A DNA stretch of 64,000 bases from Candidatus Poseidoniaceae archaeon (GTDB lineage Archaea > Thermoplasmatota > Poseidoniia > Poseidoniales > Poseidoniaceae): the NCBI GenBank assembly GCA_943789275.1, contig CALSTM010000003.1, forward strand, positions 160,489-224,488. The letters run 5' to 3'. The position numbers and the translations under genes are program-made. Below are positions 46,101-54,663 of the stretch, piece by piece (positions within the stretch are counted from its first letter, which is position 1; every line of letters starts with the position of its first letter). Under the pieces are notes generated by a model. That model had not been told where the DNA came from, searched no databases, and saw only the letters and a program-made list of their open reading frames with translations.

Positions 46101-48225
46101 AACATCCGAAGACCCCGGTTCTTTCGTTATTTATCTCAAGGGATGGTCTGCTGGCGAACCGATTAAGTCGATTGAAAAAGGAACATACGACGTCCTTGAA
46201 CTCGGTGTTTTCGTTTCGATTCGTTCAACTGGAAACATCGTCATGGAATTGTTCGATACCAGTGAATATGTTGACCCCGGAGAATGTGCAACCTATCCTA
46301 TTGATGTCACCAAGAATTTCGATTCTGGTAAACTTGTCTTCGTGACCCCCGGTGCACCTGAACAAAAGCCCGACACCATCTCGATGGATGCTTGGAGAGA
46401 AGATAACTGGGTATTAAACCTCGATTTCTCCAATGCTCCGGGAGGCAACTCTGTTGACCTCAGCGAGCCACGAGATTGGAACATACCTCCAGGTGCAGAA
46501 TTTGTTACCTACGAAGTCAGCGTCGAAGTGTGCGCTCCGACCAAAGCTTCTGCCGGTCTTGGTCCTGCGGTTATCGTCAAAGCCTATCTTGACGGCTATC
46601 CAAGAATTTCATCGTCAAAGATTCTCTCAACCAATGTCAACCACGTGTATCAATTAAGCGCAAGTGCAGACATTGCTGATGAAGATAAGATCACTTTGGA
46701 CGGCCAAGAAGTTCTCCCGGTGAACCCTGGACAGCAGGTGGTTATGCCAACTACCGTTACGAATCTTGGAAACGGCCCAGATCGATTCGACTACCGACTT
46801 GCTCGTGTTACTGACCCTGCTGGCGTTGACGTCATCTGGGACATTGAAATCCCTCGTGACAGTCTCGACGAACTTTCCCGTGACACCAACCAAATCTTTG
46901 ACATCACAATGAATGTTCCAGACCAAGTTGAAGCTGGTGTTTACACCGTTGTATTCCAGACCTTCTCGGAAGAATCCTATCCAGATGCAAGCGGTCGTTT
47001 GACACGACTGCGATTCACTCAGACCATTCCTGTCTATGTTCAAGAGTTCTATGACATGCAAATCAGCATGGACTCAACTGTGGACAATGCAGTGAAGACA
47101 TCCGCACCTGGGCGAATTGTGCGGTTTGAATTGAACATCACAAACAATGGTAACGTTCCTGATTGGCCAACGCTCAACAACCACACGGCTAAGATTGATG
47201 GTGACACTCAAATCATGAGTGAGTTGCCTGGAATGGGTACATTGTCCGAATGGTCTGTCGAATGGCAACTTATCAAGCAAATCGGAACCGACCTCACCAC
47301 AGAGGAACCCTGTGAAACAGTTGCTTCGCTCGAAAGCACAACTGGAGACGAAGATGCAGCAATGAATCCAGAAGTGGCATTTGCTGACTTGGCTGACCGT
47401 TGTATTTACCTTGAATCTGAAGACCGCTATTTCATGCCAATGATGGATGCTTACACGACAATTCCAGTCGTTGCTATTGTCAAGATTGACCCGTCTGCTG
47501 TTCTCAGCACGCGCCCGGTCGGCTTGAAGGTCGTCTCGAAGATGGGCAACATGTTGGACGGTGGCGACCATGACGATTCTCCGTCTTGGGCAGCAGAAAA
47601 CCTCGATACAAACGAATTCGTCGTTACGCTACGATTGCGAGCTCCGAACTTGATCATCTCAGAAGTTTCCGTCTCGGACGATACTGGAGATGTAGACACT
47701 ACGATTCCTATCCGTGTCGTGTTGCAAAACGATGGAAACACGCATGCAACAGATATTGAAATCGTATTGTGTGAATACAAAGATGCTGCTGATGCGGACA
47801 TTATCAAGGACATTCGAAAGAACGGCTGTGACGATGAAAACATCGTTATGAGGCAAGTCATTGGTGCACTCCTTGCTCCAGATGACACGGAAGATTACAA
47901 GGAAATCGAACTTGTTCTGCTCTACCCTGTTTCAGCTGGTAGCCACGGTGTTTACGTCGTTGTGGACCCATCAAATGAGATTGTTGAATCATCCGAGAAC
48001 GACAACGTCAAGTCAGTCGAACAAGAACTCAAGTCGTCTGGAGGCATTCTTGACGTCGCTGGTGAAGTGGTTGGAAAGACTGCTCTACCGTTCGCAGTTA
48101 TTCTACTGACCATTGCTTTGTTCGGTGTCGTGTTCCTTGTTGGACGAGGACGCCGACAGGACGTTTTGGACCGAAAGGCTGAGCAATCATCCCTCGTGTC
48201 GGTTTTGGCCGGCGCAGAAGACTGA
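43135..48225 (+). CDS. giant (1696 aa) cell-surface adhesin-like protein with vWA and multiple NTGN-type (CARDB/DUF11-like) domains and C-terminal TM anchor
   Basis: Signal MGQKIKSVSLVSIMLLSVMSTLFLASLTATA. Seven W-x-D...Y repeats (VHVVWTRNNLHLYYSM, IHVVWADKSG..IMYTVL, VHIVWEDSYD..IYYTML and others). MIDAS motif VDTSGSM. Several ITNTGNV / VTNLGNGPD / ITNNGNVPD Ig-like modules. C-terminal KTALPFAVILLTIALFGVVFLVGRGRRQ. Confidence 0.7.
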   Translation: MGQKIKSVSLVSIMLLSVMSTLFLASLTATANTVVITEAIQIVDGGTSSDTQTSVGSDSEGNVHVVWTRNNLHLYYSMISPRGDTLIDTTQISNPGLHKIWHPDMVVDENDKIHVVWADKSGQHKIMYTVLNPWASSMDGMASDDGTLSAIDDYVVSSRAQNRDWPAIDIDSQGGVHIVWEDSYDSEGKFFSQPQIYYTMLSPDISSGAVIVNFDDTLLTPIIGHKGHPDVVVDANDYVQIAWDDTRGGKVELSFIVDTSGSMYSEWADICTVVYGGNFASGGYFQGIKPMLETANMTVYETIYGLGNTLPGAASSGNCAGKNQNSGPRTTPLGQTPGDDSGGIRKLPGTVYNGNTYSGYSGEDWGPGTNWGCLSWKDAQGNVPGNPPTQDDHRWNPNATKIIIPVSDEGPKDGDPSQQADDLTSIEEAHDNCINAGVIPVGLYGQGYGGAGNIQSHFMDLVQCPNNVVSTQTRNCPGNTLRSSDAGGQAYEFPSGTGGNNAMALLVEAMVYISTNNSREIYMTVLDPYGKMNNDPSWTPGATGHSVVNGEYVEDTGAGADGHLVVVNDTRVTIDDAYSFHPSIGVDMQGNTHIAWMDGRNYGFEKAVNYEVFYTKLRLQGAGAWDGADQGLSTYAIKKIQDTPISNVEGNGGLPGNRPFGGNSVFPALLTDDQNNVHIAWVDSGNATADEEIIYTRLNSTDLTGPGLTALDPWENVPVTSWASNKLGPNSGSQPSIGMPPAFSNDLGSGAHIAWSDTNKCGEDANNNRFTICYSHVLTGQVDVEFQDGETYYHVIEPGQQTIYNMSMNNSTPGPKDLVADTFGLNISGVPQNWTATLFFADNHTTIMPDTPIFLEGGEDIRFYMRIRAPSVYQAEADQIADISVIAKSYKDPAIQSDLVTRTLMDVVHGINLDTSHSMADVEQGQTAIFSITITNTGNVNDQFVFWDPYTLEGRQEWLLQFGWTVNFPTSVELDPGQSVTKNLEVFVPTSEDPGSFVIYLKGWSAGEPIKSIEKGTYDVLELGVFVSIRSTGNIVMELFDTSEYVDPGECATYPIDVTKNFDSGKLVFVTPGAPEQKPDTISMDAWREDNWVLNLDFSNAPGGNSVDLSEPRDWNIPPGAEFVTYEVSVEVCAPTKASAGLGPAVIVKAYLDGYPRISSSKILSTNVNHVYQLSASADIADEDKITLDGQEVLPVNPGQQVVMPTTVTNLGNGPDRFDYRLARVTDPAGVDVIWDIEIPRDSLDELSRDTNQIFDITMNVPDQVEAGVYTVVFQTFSEESYPDASGRLTRLRFTQTIPVYVQEFYDMQISMDSTVDNAVKTSAPGRIVRFELNITNNGNVPDWPTLNNHTAKIDGDTQIMSELPGMGTLSEWSVEWQLIKQIGTDLTTEEPCETVASLESTTGDEDAAMNPEVAFADLADRCIYLESEDRYFMPMMDAYTTIPVVAIVKIDPSAVLSTRPVGLKVVSKMGNMLDGGDHDDSPSWAAENLDTNEFVVTLRLRAPNLIISEVSVSDDTGDVDTTIPIRVVLQNDGNTHATDIEIVLCEYKDAADADIIKDIRKNGCDDENIVMRQVIGALLAPDDTEDYKEIELVLLYPVSAGSHGVYVVVDPSNEIVESSENDNVKSVEQELKSSGGILDVAGEVVGKTALPFAVILLTIALFGVVFLVGRGRRQDVLDRKAEQSSLVSVLAGAED

Positions 48226-48250
48226 AAGCAGAAATGGCTGAAAGGATGAA

Positions 48251-49015
48251 TCATTCCTTCTTACGAGGGAGTGAACCAAGCCAGAACCGCAGGTTCGAAT
48301 TGTTTGGCACTGCCACAATTTGACCGGCTCTATCGGCGAGTTGCCGCTCAAGCCTGTTGCGGACTTCATCCAGTAAGGTGGCCATTTCTGCCTGCCCAAG
48401 TTGCAGTTCACGGCGCAGGTCTGCAAGATCCAACTTTCGCTCAGGCGTCTCAATAAGGCTGTGCACCATTGTTCGTTGCTCATAGTGTTCGAAATCAGAA
48501 TCAACCCCTGCAGAAATCCGGTTGCGAATGTGTTGGTGCAATGCAATAACGGCGTCTCGTTGCGCGTCGATCCCCTCGAGGATGCCGTTGAGGTGTTGGA
48601 TGTGAGCCATCCCTTCTCCGACAGAAATTTTCTTACGCCCACTTACCGATTGCACAACCTGTTCTGTCGAACTGGGTAGCCTGTTCGAAAGGCGCATTGG
48701 TCCGCCGGCAGGTAAGCGCCGCTGTTCGCACTGAAACAGGTCTGGGCCAAGGTCAATACGGAGAGATATCGATTGTTGAACGCTGTAAATGGTTCGAGGC
48801 GGACCGCCCTTTTCACTTGCCACGGTCATTTTTGTGACAAAGTTTCCACGCTCTAATTCACGCAAATGTTTGCCAATAGCTTGCTGGCTTACACCGAGTA
48901 ATTCTGCCAATTGCATTGGGTAGTGGGGCTCACGAACCAACCGTTCGAGAATCTGTCTTCGCAGTTTGTTTTGAAGTAAGGTAAGGGCTGTATCGATATC
49001 CTCCAAACTGCTCAA
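48251..49015 (-). CDS. ArsR-family winged-HTH transcriptional regulator with C-terminal extension
   Basis: LQNKLRRQILERLVREPHYPMQLAELLGVSQQAIGKHLRELERGNFV is a canonical ArsR HTH. Only a TTG start is available at 49015, because an in-frame stop lies 7 codons upstream. Confidence 0.55.
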   Translation of the reverse strand: MSSLEDIDTALTLLQNKLRRQILERLVREPHYPMQLAELLGVSQQAIGKHLRELERGNFVTKMTVASEKGGPPRTIYSVQQSISLRIDLGPDLFQCEQRRLPAGGPMRLSNRLPSSTEQVVQSVSGRKKISVGEGMAHIQHLNGILEGIDAQRDAVIALHQHIRNRISAGVDSDFEHYEQRTMVHSLIETPERKLDLADLRRELQLGQAEMATLLDEVRNRLERQLADRAGQIVAVPNNSNLRFWLGSLPRKKE

Positions 49016-49117
49016 CTCAAAGTTACCTAGACGCTACCACTCTTTGAAGCCGTCGCCTCATGCGAGTCACAGAACTGGGGTTTGGAATGCGTCAACGTAA
49101 GGCATTGTTCGTATTCT

Positions 49118-49717
49118 CTATGCCTTTGGGAGTATTTTTTTCGAGAGATTCTTTATCCCGTTTATGCCGATGGCAGCATACGCTCCAAACAGTACAGCCA
49201 ATACAATGTAGGCTGTTGCAGAAACAGCCAGTGTCGCCTCGTATTTCCATTCGACATCAAACTGCTGCAACGTTTGCGTATCGTCTCCACCTGCAACAAA
49301 ACGGTACTCTCCACTTGTTGCTTGCCATTCAACGCTGTTCCCTGAAGCTTGGTTGCCAGCGATAAGGGTAATACTTTCTTTATCGCATTCGTAATAACTC
49401 TCTTTCAGTGTACACTTTTCGGCCTCGGATGCCTCAGCAATACCGATCCAAACGCCCGTTTGGGCCCAAGATACGGATACATCGACGTTCAAGGCATCAA
49501 TTGCCTTAGGGAGGGATAGAATTTCTTCAGACATGCCCCAATAGCAGGTTACTTGCTCTTCCTGAATGAAGGGAATGCCTTCTTCAACATCACATGGAGG
49601 TAACATGGCTTGCTCGGTTCCACCGTCTTCTACCGTTGGTGGCGGTAACAAGGTCGGTAAGGCCAGCAACATGATGCTTAGAATGCCAGCAATCCACCGA
49701 AACACAGTATCTCTCAT
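49118..49717 (-). CDS. single-pass surface protein (signal peptide, Cys-containing ectodomain, C-terminal TM)
   Basis: MRDTVFRWIAGILSIMLLALPTLL signal. C-terminal TLAVSATAYIVLAVLFGAYAAIGI helix followed by a basic tail. Confidence 0.45.
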   Translation of the reverse strand: MRDTVFRWIAGILSIMLLALPTLLPPPTVEDGGTEQAMLPPCDVEEGIPFIQEEQVTCYWGMSEEILSLPKAIDALNVDVSVSWAQTGVWIGIAEASEAEKCTLKESYYECDKESITLIAGNQASGNSVEWQATSGEYRFVAGGDDTQTLQQFDVEWKYEATLAVSATAYIVLAVLFGAYAAIGINGIKNLSKKILPKA

Positions 49718-49726
49718 TCTGAACCC

Positions 49727-50773
49727 TCACATATCGTCCCATTCAGCCCATTCCTTTGAATTGGCTTTCTTTTCTATTGGAACTGTCTTTCGACGGGTTG
49801 TCACCGGTTCTTTACTGGGTGCCGCACCGTCTCCACCAGCGTCCCAAACAGAAATCTGTTCGGTATTTGCCTTCTTTGGCTCGTTCCGCGTTTCTTGAGG
49901 ACTTGGGGCTGAATCCGCAAATGGGTCTTCAACAGGGCGAGACATCTCTTCGATGTCTCCCCGCATGAAAGCATAGACTTGTTCTGTGGTCAAGAGTTGT
50001 CCTTGCATTACGGCTTTTGAACCGTCAACGAAGGAGTCATCTTCCTGCTCTTGTTCATCGTGTGATTCGGCCATTTGCTGTCTTTCCAAATCTTCCTTGA
50101 GTCTTTGAAGCATCGGATGCTGAGCAACCATGGACTGATCTTGCTCCTGCAGTGTTCGGAGGAATTCTTGGTCTCTTCCAATAACGTTGAGTGTTCCACG
50201 AACTGCACGGCTACGATTTGAATACGCCACTACAGCAGCGACGGGCAGCACGATTAATCCCATGCAGCACAAACTAAAACCGAGCGTGAGGCCGGAGGAT
50301 TCGAATATTTCCATTTGCCAGTTATCGATGTTAACAATCCAGACAACTTCATTCTCGCAATCGTTACCTTCGCAGGACACGCTCACCATCAATTCACCTG
50401 ATTCTTCAGTTACCCATTCTTCAACCACAACAAAACTGGCGCCGTCAGACGCCATTGGCGTCCAATCTGTAAAACATTTTTCAGTTTCCATGGCTTCATT
50501 GACAGCAGCCACGCCAACCATTTTCTTGATTTCGACTTCACTTTCTGATGCATTTGAAAACGCAACCGCCATGTAGCACTCGTCGTTTCCGACTTCCAGA
50601 ATAGCGGATTGGCCAACACTGATTTCAACGGTCGCCCGTTCTCTTGGATCGTATATCGAATCAATGGCGCTGGTTTGGGAAGAGAGTGCGATACCGCCGC
50701 CGAGCAGCAGTAAAGCGCCTAGAATTCCGAGCCGTAGCCCCCAAGGCGAACGCTTGGAGGAATTCCCTGCCAT
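49727..50773 (-). CDS. bitopic membrane protein, possible paralogue of the downstream gene, with long acidic cytoplasmic tail
   Basis: N-terminal anchor GLRLGILGALLLLGGGIAL. Cys-containing ectodomain. Second TM GFSLCCMGLIVLPVAAVVAY. Roughly 170-aa acidic tail ending WAEWDDM. Confidence 0.5.
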   Translation of the reverse strand: MAGNSSKRSPWGLRLGILGALLLLGGGIALSSQTSAIDSIYDPRERATVEISVGQSAILEVGNDECYMAVAFSNASESEVEIKKMVGVAAVNEAMETEKCFTDWTPMASDGASFVVVEEWVTEESGELMVSVSCEGNDCENEVVWIVNIDNWQMEIFESSGLTLGFSLCCMGLIVLPVAAVVAYSNRSRAVRGTLNVIGRDQEFLRTLQEQDQSMVAQHPMLQRLKEDLERQQMAESHDEQEQEDDSFVDGSKAVMQGQLLTTEQVYAFMRGDIEEMSRPVEDPFADSAPSPQETRNEPKKANTEQISVWDAGGDGAAPSKEPVTTRRKTVPIEKKANSKEWAEWDDM

Positions 50774-50815
50774 GGTAAAGCCTCAGTCTTCATCCTCAAT
50801 GAATCCTTGCGCGAC

Positions 50816-51913
50816 TCAAGCCAAGCCAAGTTCAGCCAACTTTTCTGGCAGATAGGTCTCGGTAACGAAATCAAGGCCGTACTTTGCCAACGATTGTTGT
50901 TCAGCCTTCTTATCCAATTCCAACATCATATTGATTTGGTCTTGCCACCAACTGTCGGCAAATCGCGGGTCTGAAAGTTCCGCATTAAGTGCTTCAATAT
51001 CTTTCTTTGAAAGGTCGTCGCTTGGCAAATCATAGGCAACAATGTCATCAGCAGTTATGCCAAGATAAGTTGCTGATGGTGTTGCGAGGTACTCTGAAAT
51101 GTGTGCTGTTTTAATCGCTCCGTAAGCAATCGAAGCGAAGATTCGGAAGGACCATGGGTCACCGTCAAGGAAGACGACGACAGGCAAATCCCACTCTTCA
51201 CTCATTCTCTTCATGATCCGACGCGTAGAGCGAGCTGGTTGGCCCTTGAGATGCAAGAGCCCACAGCGGTAATCTTCGTCAAATCCATTTTCGATCAACC
51301 GGTCAAACATACCACCGGTTTCGATGGCCATGATGAAATCAATATCGTGTTCAAGAAGTTCAATCTTCTCAAGTTCAACGTTGTATGGCACGCCATAGCC
51401 CGAATCACCGACGTCGTCTCGAGCATTGATTCTCATCCATTCGCCTCTACGGTTTCTCTCCCGCAATGTGAGGTTTCCAATCATTCGTGCACCGTCTTCT
51501 TCAGGTCGCAACTTGAAGTCTTCACGTAAACATTTGGTGACGATTTCCAAGTCCTCAGCCAAGTTATTTGAATCGTTTTGACTTCCGAATTTGCCCATTC
51601 CCCAGCCTTCAGAAATATAGTACATTTCTCTGAGAGTGGAAGACTTTCCAGCGTCCAGCATTTCTTCAATGAATTCGACCACGTGAAGGGCTCGAAGCAA
51701 TTGTTTGGCTGAGCCCAAACTTGTAGCATCGCGAATGGATTGTTTCTTTCCATACTTGTAGACGCCGAGTTTTTTGTCGAAGCCGATGTTGTTCTTTGTC
51801 CGAACCGGTAGCGTCATGGTTGGCGGTTCACCTTTGACAATTCGGTCATACATTTCAGCAACGACTTCGTGCATGGCTGCTTTTGTTTCTTCTGGCGTGT
51901 GCATTCGGGACAT
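50816..51913 (-). CDS. top6A: DNA topoisomerase VI subunit A (Spo11-like)
   Basis: Winged-helix 5Y-CAP region with catalytic Tyr in LREMYYISEG. Toprim region FIMAIETGGMFDRL...VVVFLDGDPWSFRI. ATG overlaps the top6B stop. Confidence 0.9.
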   Translation of the reverse strand: MSRMHTPEETKAAMHEVVAEMYDRIVKGEPPTMTLPVRTKNNIGFDKKLGVYKYGKKQSIRDATSLGSAKQLLRALHVVEFIEEMLDAGKSSTLREMYYISEGWGMGKFGSQNDSNNLAEDLEIVTKCLREDFKLRPEEDGARMIGNLTLRERNRRGEWMRINARDDVGDSGYGVPYNVELEKIELLEHDIDFIMAIETGGMFDRLIENGFDEDYRCGLLHLKGQPARSTRRIMKRMSEEWDLPVVVFLDGDPWSFRIFASIAYGAIKTAHISEYLATPSATYLGITADDIVAYDLPSDDLSKKDIEALNAELSDPRFADSWWQDQINMMLELDKKAEQQSLAKYGLDFVTETYLPEKLAELGLA

Positions 51914-54003
51914 TAGACATCACCTCCAAATAAGGTACGTTGGCCTTCTGGAGGCGCAACAGCGGGTTCAGCAACTTCTTCAACAACAGGTGGTGTTGAT
52001 GCAACAGGTGCTTCTTCGAGTGTTTGTTCAGACGGAGTGCTTTCATCTTCACTTTCCTTGAACAGTTGTTCTTGACGACGAATTTCTTGAAGGAATTTTT
52101 CATCCATTTTGGTGGCGCCAATAACATCTTGCGAACCACGGAACAGAACTTCAGTCTCTGTCCAATCACCGCGTTCAAGACCGCTCAAACTGAAGGTGAT
52201 GTTCTTTCGTTCTCCTGGCTGCAATGCATCGAGCTTCCAAGCCCACACGCCGAGCGCTTCCTTGCGACCACCAGTGCTGTTGTTTTCCATGGTAGCGCCC
52301 GTTTTTTCGGGCCATGTTGCAAGAATGGTGTAAGCTCGTGCGCGGCTGGTATAGTTGAACAAAACAATATCTACATCGGTTTGCTTTGTTTCTTTGTTCC
52401 ATACAGTTGTTGACTCACTGATGACGGCCGACATGATTTTTGTGATGGAGCCAGATAACTCTGGAACCGGTCGATTGAGTAATTGAGCGGACTTTTCAGC
52501 GATTGCAGGCAAGATGTCGTTGATGAGTTCGAACTTTTCTTTGGTTTTCGCCATCTTCTTTTTCTTTTCAAGATGCTTTCTCAAACCTCTTCCCATTTCC
52601 AGCATGGCTTTGCGCGCTTCTTCCATCACTTCGCCGTTGTCGGCAAGCGCTTCTTTTGCTTCAGAAGTGAATTGGACGTTCGTACTTGCAAGGTGAACTA
52701 ATATTGCAGCAGGACCCTTTGGTACGCCTTTTCCACCGGCTTGGTCCAGGCCATATTGGCGCCAATCAACGCTTTCAATCGCCTTGGTGAGAAGGCATCC
52801 ACCTTGTTGATACATAAGCGGAACTCGGTTCGCAAACCGCAAGATCTCTACGGGCTTATCGCCGGCCATCGAACCGCCAAAAATCAACCCGACTTCAACT
52901 TGGAACGGATTGCCTTGAGTCACGCACGGCACTCGTGTGAGCGTGGTAACGAAACGAGAGTCAATGGTTTTTGAGAGTCCCTTTTTAATGAGGATTTCCT
53001 CGATGGGCGACAGACAATTTGTTGGTGGTTTGAGCAGTTTAGCAGGTTGACCATTGACCAACCGTTCGCCTTGGAATGCCTCCAAAAGGTTGCGAATATC
53101 ATCACCTTTGATGGCTCTCATTTTCCTTGTACCTTCAAGTTCCGCTGCTTGGCACAATTCCTTTCGGGCTCGGTTTGTAACTCCGGAGAAATTGTTCAAG
53201 AGGAAATGGTTCAAGTTCAAATCGTTCGACTCAGATACCATTCTCTGCAGTTGACCTAACTCAATACCGTGAGGGTGCGGCTTGATGCTCTCTACTTTGG
53301 TGGGCAAACGCTCTGTTACACGGGTCCAGTGGTGCTTCTCGCCTTCAGGGTCAACAAAGATAATTTCTGCGTGTGGATTGACGATGCTTGTCATCCGTAG
53401 ATACTGCCAAACGCTTTGACGGCCTTTCTGGTATTTGGCTTTCATTTGTGCGGTAACTTCAGTGCCGTGCTCTTTGGAACTTCCGTCTTCATTGTACCAA
53501 ATCTCCCGCCCAGCATTGGCCTTCGTGGCTTTGTTTTTCCTGGTGTCAAGGCCAATGTCAACAACAGCAGCAGTTGGTTCAGTGGCAATTTTTGAGCGTA
53601 CATGAGTCGTTCGCCCCGTCGTAAGTTGACAATACATGACCACACCGGTAATCCCGATTCCTTGTTGCCCTCGAGATTGACGAATGGCGTGGAAACGAGA
53701 GCCGAACAGCAATTGTCCAAACACTTTCTCAATGCTTTTCTGAGGTATGCCTGGGCCGTTGTCTTCAACAATGAGTTGGATAATGTCTTTCTTTGGATCT
53801 ATTTTGGTAATTTCGATACGTATGCTGGGTAGAATCCGGGCTTCTTCACATGCGTCAAGGGCGTTATCCACAGCTTCTTTGACCGCAGTAATAAGAGAAC
53901 GTGCAAGAGAATCAAAACCGAGAAAGTGCTTATTTTTCTCAAAAAACTCAGAAATGGCGACTTGCTTTTGGTTTGACGCGAGTTTTTGTGCTATGCCGGA
54001 CAT
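51913..54003 (-). CDS. top6B: DNA topoisomerase VI subunit B (GHKL ATPase) with extended C-terminal tail
   Basis: Bergerat fold motifs AVDNALDA, VEDNGPGIP and GQQGIGITG. Transducer domain follows. A roughly 150-aa extra C-terminal region ends in an acidic, Pro-rich tail. Confidence 0.9.
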   Translation of the reverse strand: MSGIAQKLASNQKQVAISEFFEKNKHFLGFDSLARSLITAVKEAVDNALDACEEARILPSIRIEITKIDPKKDIIQLIVEDNGPGIPQKSIEKVFGQLLFGSRFHAIRQSRGQQGIGITGVVMYCQLTTGRTTHVRSKIATEPTAAVVDIGLDTRKNKATKANAGREIWYNEDGSSKEHGTEVTAQMKAKYQKGRQSVWQYLRMTSIVNPHAEIIFVDPEGEKHHWTRVTERLPTKVESIKPHPHGIELGQLQRMVSESNDLNLNHFLLNNFSGVTNRARKELCQAAELEGTRKMRAIKGDDIRNLLEAFQGERLVNGQPAKLLKPPTNCLSPIEEILIKKGLSKTIDSRFVTTLTRVPCVTQGNPFQVEVGLIFGGSMAGDKPVEILRFANRVPLMYQQGGCLLTKAIESVDWRQYGLDQAGGKGVPKGPAAILVHLASTNVQFTSEAKEALADNGEVMEEARKAMLEMGRGLRKHLEKKKKMAKTKEKFELINDILPAIAEKSAQLLNRPVPELSGSITKIMSAVISESTTVWNKETKQTDVDIVLFNYTSRARAYTILATWPEKTGATMENNSTGGRKEALGVWAWKLDALQPGERKNITFSLSGLERGDWTETEVLFRGSQDVIGATKMDEKFLQEIRRQEQLFKESEDESTPSEQTLEEAPVASTPPVVEEVAEPAVAPPEGQRTLFGGDV

Positions 54004-54319
54004 GGGTCTTCCTCCAACCAGGTCCTCCTTCGTCCGAATGACGTCGGGCCTATGTGGTAAGCAACCTTTCTTACCGACGGTTCTTAATGTCTAAGACTCT
54101 ACTTCATCAAGCATTAGGGTTTGTCACCATACGCATGGGTTCTGAGACGACCTACTGCTGAAGAGCAGGTTTGGTTTCGCTGGAATAAGTGTCTGATGAC
54201 GGGTAAGCCTCGACCGGAGGTGCAGTGACTCTGGTATGGCTAAATCGGCATATAGGCCATAATTTTCAAACACTCCTTTAAGAGTGAATTGGGATTTAAG
54301 TCGGATTAGTGATTAAGTC

Positions 54320-54508
54320 ATGAGCGGAAATATAGCAAAAATCGGATTAGTAGCAAGCATGTTGTCAGTAGTATTGTCATTGTACATTTACTTCGTTGGA
54401 GATAACCCAGATGAAATGTTGGGTATCTTCGTGGGCCTATGGGCCCCCACACTCATCCTCGCAACCAAAGAGTTCGAGGCATTGTTGGAAGATTCTTCCA
54501 GCGAGTGA
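54320..54508 (+). CDS. small two-TM membrane protein
   Basis: IGLVASMLSVVLSLYIYFV and LGIFVGLWAPTLILA helices with an acidic C-terminus. ATG start. Confidence 0.35.
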   Translation: MSGNIAKIGLVASMLSVVLSLYIYFVGDNPDEMLGIFVGLWAPTLILATKEFEALLEDSSSE

Positions 54509-54663
54509 ACCAACCTCCTTGTTTAGCGTTGAACTCCAAATGCGAGTTCACCTCGCCATCGGTAGGTTCATGTTTTGAACAAGCCCTAGGCTCTGAAACA
54601 ACATCGTTGATTTTAGAAACATTATCAGCCGAATCATCCGTGAACAATCTTGAAGGTTAACCG

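Noticed and set aside
48280-48310. GGTTCGAAT T-loop-like motif suggesting a tRNA
   Set aside because: No complementary T-stem or acceptor stem can be formed. It lies inside the ArsR-family gene.
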